Assembly (NCBI GenBank): GCA_038128845.1
Contig: JAYPKL010000001.1
Location: forward strand, 42,338 to 106,337
DNA: 64,000 bases
Direction: 5' to 3'
Origin: Candidatus Woesearchaeota archaeon
GTDB lineage: Archaea > Nanobdellota > Nanobdellia > UBA10117 > ARS21
The notes beneath the pieces were generated by a model. That model was not told where the DNA came from. It did not search any database and saw only the letters and a list, made by a program, of their open reading frames with translations. This document shows, one piece after another, positions 58,838 through 64,000 of the stretch (position 1 is the stretch's first letter; every line of letters begins with the position of its first letter). A program made the position numbers and the translations under genes.

Positions 58838-59762
58838 TTTTCAACATTAAAATTACTTCCTCCGCTTTTAATCTATTTATATTATTGACTGTCATTTCCG
58901 TTCTATCATAAGAAGTATTGTGCCGAATTATTCCTTCTACAGAAATATAATCTCCCACATAATTCGGTTCAGATTCTGAGGTCAATTCTGCACCATAGAA
59001 ATTATTTGCAACATCTCCGAAGCAAGTTATTCTACAATTTCCTTTTCCATCATCTAAAACCATACTCAAAATAGGTATATTTTTTGATTCATTTCCATGT
59101 TCAGCACATCCGTTTTCCGTTATTTTCCGGTTACACTTTATACAACCTTGATAGAATCTAGGTTCATTTCCTGCAACAATTGTTCCATGTACTTTCACCG
59201 GCAAATTTAATGTAGGATTATCTAAATTGGTTAGTTGTTTTTTATTTACATCCACATTAACTTCGTCTTGATTAATTATTATTTGTGTATTCGCTATAAG
59301 TTGTAAATCTTTTCCGCTGTATTTATTTTCTCTTATTGAACAATTCTTAATCCTTAATGAATCTCCTTCTTTTATTCTACTTTCAGTAACCAATGATGCA
59401 CGTTTATCCCAAAGAGTAGTTCTAATTGTTCCAGATTCATCAATCAATTCAATACCAATGTATTCAATTTTTCTACCTTCTTTTTCAAAAAATCTAGAAG
59501 GATATATCTTTTTTATCTTACAAATTATTTCAACACCAGTCATTCCAGGATGTAATTCATTTATTTTTAGAATTTTTGTTGAAGGATCATCCAGAATTTT
59601 AATATTCAAATCTGTAGCAACCATAAATGCTGCACCTTCTTCGGATACTAAGCCATCAAATTTTTTAGTTTTTTCAGAAATTTTATTTTTAATTTCGGTT
59701 TCACTTAAACCACTTTGCTCAATTAATTTTTGAATTAGATTTTCAATAGGTACCTTAATCAT
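58827..59762 (-). CDS. rpa: replication protein A-like ssDNA-binding protein (OB folds plus C4 zinc ribbon)
   Basis: N-terminus ...[36 protein letters not shown] typical of archaeal RPA. OB-fold regions, a Zn ribbon [17 protein letters not shown], and a second OB fold. Overlaps the radA start by 11 bp. Confidence 0.65.
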   Translation of the reverse strand: MIKVPIENLIQKLIEQSGLSETEIKNKISEKTKKFDGLVSEEGAAFMVATDLNIKILDDPSTKILKINELHPGMTGVEIICKIKKIYPSRFFEKEGRKIEYIGIELIDESGTIRTTLWDKRASLVTESRIKEGDSLRIKNCSIRENKYSGKDLQLIANTQIIINQDEVNVDVNKKQLTNLDNPTLNLPVKVHGTIVAGNEPRFYQGCIKCNRKITENGCAEHGNESKNIPILSMVLDDGKGNCRITCFGDVANNFYGAELTSESEPNYVGDYISVEGIIRHNTSYDRTEMTVNNINRLKAEEVILMLKNGS

Positions 59763-59783
59763 AGTCTAGTTTTAATAGTTTAA

Positions 59784-61124
59784 TTATAAATTTTTGTTCT
59801 CTGAATCCAATTCATTCTTTATTGAGTTAGACATAGACTCCAACAATTTTCCTCTAATAAGTTTTGGATTTTCTCCACCGTGCCACGAATACCGAGGTCT
59901 TATTCTCATAGGATATATTTTTTCATTTGTATCATCCAATACGATTCCTGCACCATTTTCTCTTGGTAGCGCATCAATATATTGATTTAATTCAGAGGTT
60001 GTATATGATTGCATCATTTGATTCATTGCATCAAGATCAAATTTAGAAGTTAATCTATGGGATATAAGAATATCTGATTGCGTAATAACGTCCGTATTGA
60101 TTTTACCAGGTTGTTGAGTTGCCAAAATTAAAGAAATTCCGGGTTGACGACCCTCTCTCAATATCTGCATTAAAGGATAAGATGCAAGAGTTTTACCTTT
60201 TTCCGGAAGAAATTCATGTGCCTCGTCAATAAATAAATTCATCAAAGGAATATTTGAATGATTTTCAGAGAATAGATTATTATCTTTCAGAATTGCGAGT
60301 TCTTCTTCCTTTCTTGCCATCATTCTTTTTTTCATAATATAATCACATAAGAATCCAATAACTAATGCTTTTATTTTTTCACCATTCTCAACTTGCGCAT
60401 ACTCAGATAAGTCAATAATAATATTTTTTCCGCCAACTAAGAATTCATCGAGATCAGTTCCCTTTTCATCAAAAATTCCCCATTTTTTAATAAATTTTAA
60501 TTTATTCTCTAAAATTAATTTTTCATCTTTACTCGCATCTTTATCTTTTTCTATTTTTTCTAAAATATTTTTTATGGAATAATTTTCTCCAGAAGATTCT
60601 AAACTTCTTTCAAGAAGTAATCCTTCTTTACTAACTAAATCAATGTCGAATAATTCACACCAATTTTCAAAAGTAATTTGATTCGGTCTTATAGAAAAGG
60701 AACTATCCACGGGTATACCTTTTTTCAACAAACTATCATAAGATCCGGCAGGAGAATAAACTGTTATATTGCAAGCTTTGGGTTTTATATTCGATTTTGT
60801 TAACAAATCTGCATCTTTAAAGTTAGGATATTTCATTGTCCAATAAATACCCATGGTATCAAAAAATATTGATGTTATATTATTTCTCAAATCTGATTCT
60901 AAATCAGAAATTCCTTCTATCATAACTCCAAGAGTATAAGATTTACCCGTACCTCTCTTACCCGAAACTAAAATTGCATGAGGTTGATTAAAGTCAAGAT
61001 ACACCGGATTTGCTAAAACCTTATTTCTTTCCATAGTTACATAATGTCTACCAATTAAAATTGAACCCTTTGTTCCGTATTTTTTGACATCAGATGGCTT
61101 TCTACCAAGAACTATTTCATACAT
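59784..61124 (-). CDS. HerA/FtsK-superfamily ATPase (DUF87-type), possible HerA helicase
   Basis: Walker A VSGKRGTGKSYTLGVMIEG and a Walker B of DEAH type (LFIDEAHEFLP). 446 aa. No NurA, Mre11 or Rad50 is seen adjacent within the window. Confidence 0.5.
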   Translation of the reverse strand: MYEIVLGRKPSDVKKYGTKGSILIGRHYVTMERNKVLANPVYLDFNQPHAILVSGKRGTGKSYTLGVMIEGISDLESDLRNNITSIFFDTMGIYWTMKYPNFKDADLLTKSNIKPKACNITVYSPAGSYDSLLKKGIPVDSSFSIRPNQITFENWCELFDIDLVSKEGLLLERSLESSGENYSIKNILEKIEKDKDASKDEKLILENKLKFIKKWGIFDEKGTDLDEFLVGGKNIIIDLSEYAQVENGEKIKALVIGFLCDYIMKKRMMARKEEELAILKDNNLFSENHSNIPLMNLFIDEAHEFLPEKGKTLASYPLMQILREGRQPGISLILATQQPGKINTDVITQSDILISHRLTSKFDLDAMNQMMQSYTTSELNQYIDALPRENGAGIVLDDTNEKIYPMRIRPRYSWHGGENPKLIRGKLLESMSNSIKNELDSENKNL

Positions 61125-61197
61125 GAATATTTGTGTATTTTATAATATATATATTATTTCGTAATATTTATTAATTATTTAAAAAAAATTAATTTAG

Positions 61198-61279
61198 GCC
61201 AACGTCGCATAATCTGGTATTGCGCTCGCCTCGAAAGCGAGTTCCTTTGGAATTGCAGGTTCAAATCCTGCCGTTGGCG
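61198..61279 (+). tRNA. tRNA-Ser (CGA), class II with long variable arm
   Basis: Acceptor GCCAACG/CGTTGGC, anticodon stem CTCGC/GCGAG with loop CTCGAAA (anticodon CGA), 13-nt variable arm TTCCTTTGGAATT, T-arm GCAGG-TTCAAAT-CCTGC, discriminator G. Confidence 0.75.
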
Positions 61280-61653
61280 TCATTATTTAAATAAACATAA
61301 TGGGTTCCAGGTAAATAAGTTATATTTTCAAATTCACCGGATAAATCTTCTTCAATTTTTCTAGATAAACCAACATATCTTACTTTACCTAACTTACTTA
61401 TACAAGCTTCTTTCAAAGGTACATGACTTTGATACAAAGACAATTCTGAGCTATTTTCTATTTTTTTTAATAAAGTTCTTTGACTAATGGTTCTGCTCGG
61501 AGAATTATTTCTTAATTGATTTTGTAAATCTCTTAAAGATAATGGAGCAAATTCAATTTTATCTAAAATCATTTCTTCCAAAGTTTTAGTATTTCTTCGA
61601 TTTAACAATTTTTGTCTCTGTTGGCTGTTTTTCCAAGAATCATTAGACGACAT
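61261..61653 (-). CDS. hypothetical protein; its 3' end overlaps tRNA-Ser by ~19 nt on the opposite strand
   Basis: 130-aa ORF with no motif. The overlap with an RNA gene lowers confidence in the exact 3' end. Confidence 0.3.
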   Translation of the reverse strand: MSSNDSWKNSQQRQKLLNRRNTKTLEEMILDKIEFAPLSLRDLQNQLRNNSPSRTISQRTLLKKIENSSELSLYQSHVPLKEACISKLGKVRYVGLSRKIEEDLSGEFENITYLPGTHYVYLNNDANGRI

Positions 61654-61684
61654 TTATTCTTATAAAAGAATATAATATTTAAAT

Positions 61685-62128
61685 TTAGTCCAATAAATTT
61701 ATATTATTTGTTTCTAAAACATAATTTGCTAATTCATTTAGCCTATATGACAAAATTAAACATTTTTCATCAATCTTTGACGAAGAAGTTTTATTCAATA
61801 AACTTTTCTCGATATTTAATGCATAGACTAAATCGCTATCTGCAACATAAGTATTTCCAAGAATTTTAGAAGAGTTATTTATTAAAGTTATACAATTTTC
61901 CAATGATTCATTTGCTCTTTGAAATCTAAATTGGTCCGACATTTCATTAGCAGTATTATTGGGATGATTACTCCTTATCAAGGATCTTAATTGACTTGAA
62001 GCAATTCTCAAATCCTTTTCAATGTTTTCATAAGCAGTGGATTCCGAATTTCTCTTTATTTCAAAAATTCTTTTATCTGTTTCTTCCAAAAAAGAGTTTA
62101 TATCTTTTAATCTTTCATAAACATCCAT
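61685..62128 (-). CDS. hypothetical coiled-coil protein (shares MDVYE N-terminus with 29340..29780)
   Basis: 147 aa. The N-terminus MDVYERLKDINSFLEE can be compared with MDVYEILNNHKSDIEK. Confidence 0.35.
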   Translation of the reverse strand: MDVYERLKDINSFLEETDKRIFEIKRNSESTAYENIEKDLRIASSQLRSLIRSNHPNNTANEMSDQFRFQRANESLENCITLINNSSKILGNTYVADSDLVYALNIEKSLLNKTSSSKIDEKCLILSYRLNELANYVLETNNINLLD

Positions 62129-62138
62129 TTTTTTAAAG

Positions 62139-62213
62139 CGCCCCTTCCGGGATTTGAACCCGGGTCACCAGCTCGAAAGGCTGGGATGATTGACCGAACT
62201 ACACCAAAGGGGC
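62139..62213 (-). tRNA. tRNA-Glu (UUC)
   Basis: The minus strand reads GCCCCTT-TG-GTGTAGTTCGGTCAATCAT-C-CCAGC-CTTTCGA-GCTGG-TGAC-CCGGG-TTCAAAT-CCCGG-AAGGGGC-G. Anticodon TTC. The D-arm is typical of archaeal tRNA-Glu. Confidence 0.8.
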
Positions 62214-62295
62214 GTAAAATTTGCTATTTTTTCATATTTTTAAATGTTTCTTTAAAGGTTACTTTTTTAAATAATTTCTTTAAAGTATATTTAAT

Positions 62296-62399
62296 GGGCG
62301 TATAGCTTAGTCTGGTAGAGCGCTGGTCTTATAAGGCCACTTCCGAAATGGAAGATCTGAGTATACCAGAGGTCCCAGGTTCAAATCCTGGTTCGCCCA
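62296..62399 (+). tRNA. intron-containing tRNA with anticodon UAU (tRNA-Ile, AUA-reading); ~30-nt intron at canonical 37/38 position (about 62334..62363)
   Basis: Acceptor GGGCGTA/TTCGCCC (one U-U mismatch), D-arm GCTT...GAGC, anticodon stem CTGGT/ACCAG with loop CTTATA^(intron)T, T-arm CCAGG-TTCAAAT-CCTGG, discriminator A. The intron contains the hairpin CTTCC-GAAAT-GGAAG. Confidence 0.6.
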
Positions 62400-62437
62400 T
62401 TTCACAATTATTTTATACTTTATTTTTAAACTTATAT

Positions 62438-64000
62438 ATGGATTATTTTAGAAAATTAGTTGCAAAATCAATATCAGAATCTGCCAATTTGGATGAAAAA
62501 AAAATATATCAACTTTTAGAATATAATGACAAAAATGATCGAGGAGACATATGTTTACCTTGTTTTACTCTCGGAAAAAAAATTAATCCTGGAAATATCG
62601 CATTAAATCTTAGAAAAAAAATAGTTTTACCAAAACAAATTGAAAGAGCAGAAGTTATGGGACCTTATATTAATTTTTTTATAAAAAAAGAATTTCTTGT
62701 AAATTTTGTTTCAAAAGATGTAATAAAAAATAAAAATAAATTTGGATCAAAAAATATTGGTAGAAATAAAAAAATTGTAATCGAACATACTTCAATAAAT
62801 CCAAATGCATCCCCGCATATTGGTCGTGCAAGAAATGCAATAATTGGAAATTCAATATCTAAACTTTATGAATTTTTTAATTATAATCCTGAAATTCATT
62901 ATTTTGTTAACGACATAGGAAAACAAATTGCAATGTTGGTTTATGCAGCCGGAGGAAAATCATACAAATTTGAAGAGTTACTTGATTTATACAAAAGTAT
63001 AAATGATAAAGTTAAAGAAAATGAAAATTTAGAAAAAGAAATTCTTATGCTATTATATAAATTTGAAAACGGAGATAAAAAAGTAATTAAAGAATTTAAT
63101 AAAATTGTTAAAGTTGCAGTTAAAGGTATTACAAATATTCTTGGAAAATTAAATATAAACTATGATAGTTTTGATTATGAGAGCGAGTATTTACAGAACA
63201 ATAAAGTTTCTCGAGTTATATCAAAATTAAATAAAACTGGAAAACTTTTCGAAGACGAAGAAGGAAGATTTGCATTAGATCTTTCTGAATATAATTTACC
63301 AATGAAGAATCCAGTTATGATTTTAACCCGAAGTGATAAAACATCTTTATACGGATTAAGAGATATTGCTTATGCTATTGATAAACAAAAAATATCAAAA
63401 ACAAACATCGCAGTTATTGGCGAAGAACAAAAATTATATACAAAACAAGTTAACTCTGCATTGGACATATTAAATAAATCTCCCATTGAAATTATTCATT
63501 ATTCTTTAGTTTTAGGTAAAGATGGAAAATTATCAACCCGAAAAGGAAATGTACCTTTATTGAGCGATTTACTTGATGAAGTTTATGAACTTGCAAAAAA
63601 AGAAATTAGTTATAGATCAAAAGGTAAAAGATCTAACTCCAATAAAATTGGTAATGCTGCAATTATTTATTCTATGCTCAGAGTTTCACCTGAAAAAAAT
63701 GTTGTTTTCAATCCCGAACAAGCAGTTAAATTCGAAGGAGATACAGGACCTTATCAACTCTATACTTATGCAAGAATTAATTCTTTATTAAAAAAATCAT
63801 CTAATGGAAACGTTAATTCAAAGTTAGTTAATGAAGCAGAACTAGATTTAATTAAATTCATTGCAAAATTCCCAAATATAACTGAAAAAGCAATGTTAAC
63901 TAAAAAAACAAATTTAGTTCCAAATTATTGTTCTGAACTTTGTCAAAAATTCAATTCATATTATTCTCAGAATATTATTATTTCCGATGATAAAAATTTA
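62438..64000 (+). CDS. argS: arginyl-tRNA synthetase (3'-truncated by window end)
   Basis: Hand-translated frame open from ATG 62438 to the window end (521 codons) and absent from the ORF track. Class I HIGH-type motif INPNASPHIGRARNAIIGN, and later GPYQLYTYARINS. The track ORF 63573..63791 is in another frame and is spurious. Confidence 0.85.
   Translation, partial: MDYFRKLVAKSISESANLDEKKIYQLLEYNDKNDRGDICLPCFTLGKKINPGNIALNLRKKIVLPKQIERAEVMGPYINFFIKKEFLVNFVSKDVIKNKNKFGSKNIGRNKKIVIEHTSINPNASPHIGRARNAIIGNSISKLYEFFNYNPEIHYFVNDIGKQIAMLVYAAGGKSYKFEELLDLYKSINDKVKENENLEKEILMLLYKFENGDKKVIKEFNKIVKVAVKGITNILGKLNINYDSFDYESEYLQNNKVSRVISKLNKTGKLFEDEEGRFALDLSEYNLPMKNPVMILTRSDKTSLYGLRDIAYAIDKQKISKTNIAVIGEEQKLYTKQVNSALDILNKSPIEIIHYSLVLGKDGKLSTRKGNVPLLSDLLDEVYELAKKEISYRSKGKRSNSNKIGNAAIIYSMLRVSPEKNVVFNPEQAVKFEGDTGPYQLYTYARINSLLKKSSNGNVNSKLVNEAELDLIKFIAKFPNITEKAMLTKKTNLVPNYCSELCQKFNSYYSQNIIISDDKNL

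Noticed and set aside
63573-63791. 72-aa plus-strand ORF in the track
   Set aside because: It is out of frame within the hand-identified ArgRS reading frame (62438..64000), which carries clear class I synthetase motifs.
1-64000. CRISPR arrays, IS elements/transposases, integrases or prophage genes
   Set aside because: I found no regularly spaced direct repeats, no DDE/HUH transposase or tyrosine recombinase motifs, and no phage structural genes. The only repeats are the short ORB-like boxes and the low-complexity GC-rich island.

Overview
This is a very AT-rich (roughly 28-30% GC) archaeal chromosomal segment that is almost entirely coding. Euryarchaeal-type markers (RadB, Hef, PolD DP1/DP2, thermosome, LonB, AglB) together with a tRNA-Ile carrying a UAU anticodon and split genes suggest a small-genome, DPANN/nanoarchaeon-like or low-GC euryarchaeal lineage. 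This placement is an inference.

The main blocks are as follows.
- **1-15.1 kb:** three paralogous class-III-signal-peptide pilins and the thermosome gene, followed by a tightly packed archaeal type IV pilus operon. The operon has three large pilin-headed secreted proteins (one a 906-aa cadherin-repeat adhesin), a FlaI/PilB-family ATPase, a split platform protein and three minor pilins. The start and stop codons overlap throughout the operon.
- **15-21 kb:** Hel308, TrmI, SecF/SecD and an odd GC-rich island encoding an Arg/Ser/Thr-rich peptide.
- **21.6-29 kb:** an N-glycosylation (agl) cluster with the AglB oligosaccharyltransferase, GT2, GT4, a sugar epimerase, a sugar dehydrogenase and a methyltransferase.
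- **29.8-37.2 kb:** a replication-origin neighbourhood. It contains origin-recognition-box (ORB) repeats, a Cas4-like nuclease co-operonic with the PolD large subunit, an AT-rich DNA-unwinding element (DUE) flanked by inverted ORBs immediately upstream of orc1/cdc6, and the PolD small subunit.
- **37-62 kb:** a presenilin-type intramembrane protease, a Hef split into helicase and nuclease ORFs, LonB, SerRS, topoisomerase IA, RadB, CDC48, MetAP, PolB with an overlapping histone-fold-like ORF, tRNA-Cys next to CysRS, a HIT protein, a prepilin peptidase, a HerA-like/RPA/RadA operon, and tRNA-Ser, tRNA-Glu and an intron-containing tRNA-Ile(UAU).
- **62.4-64 kb:** a 3'-truncated ArgRS.

I found no CRISPR arrays, transposases or rRNA. 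All functional calls rest on motifs and context that I read from the translations myself; no database search was possible.
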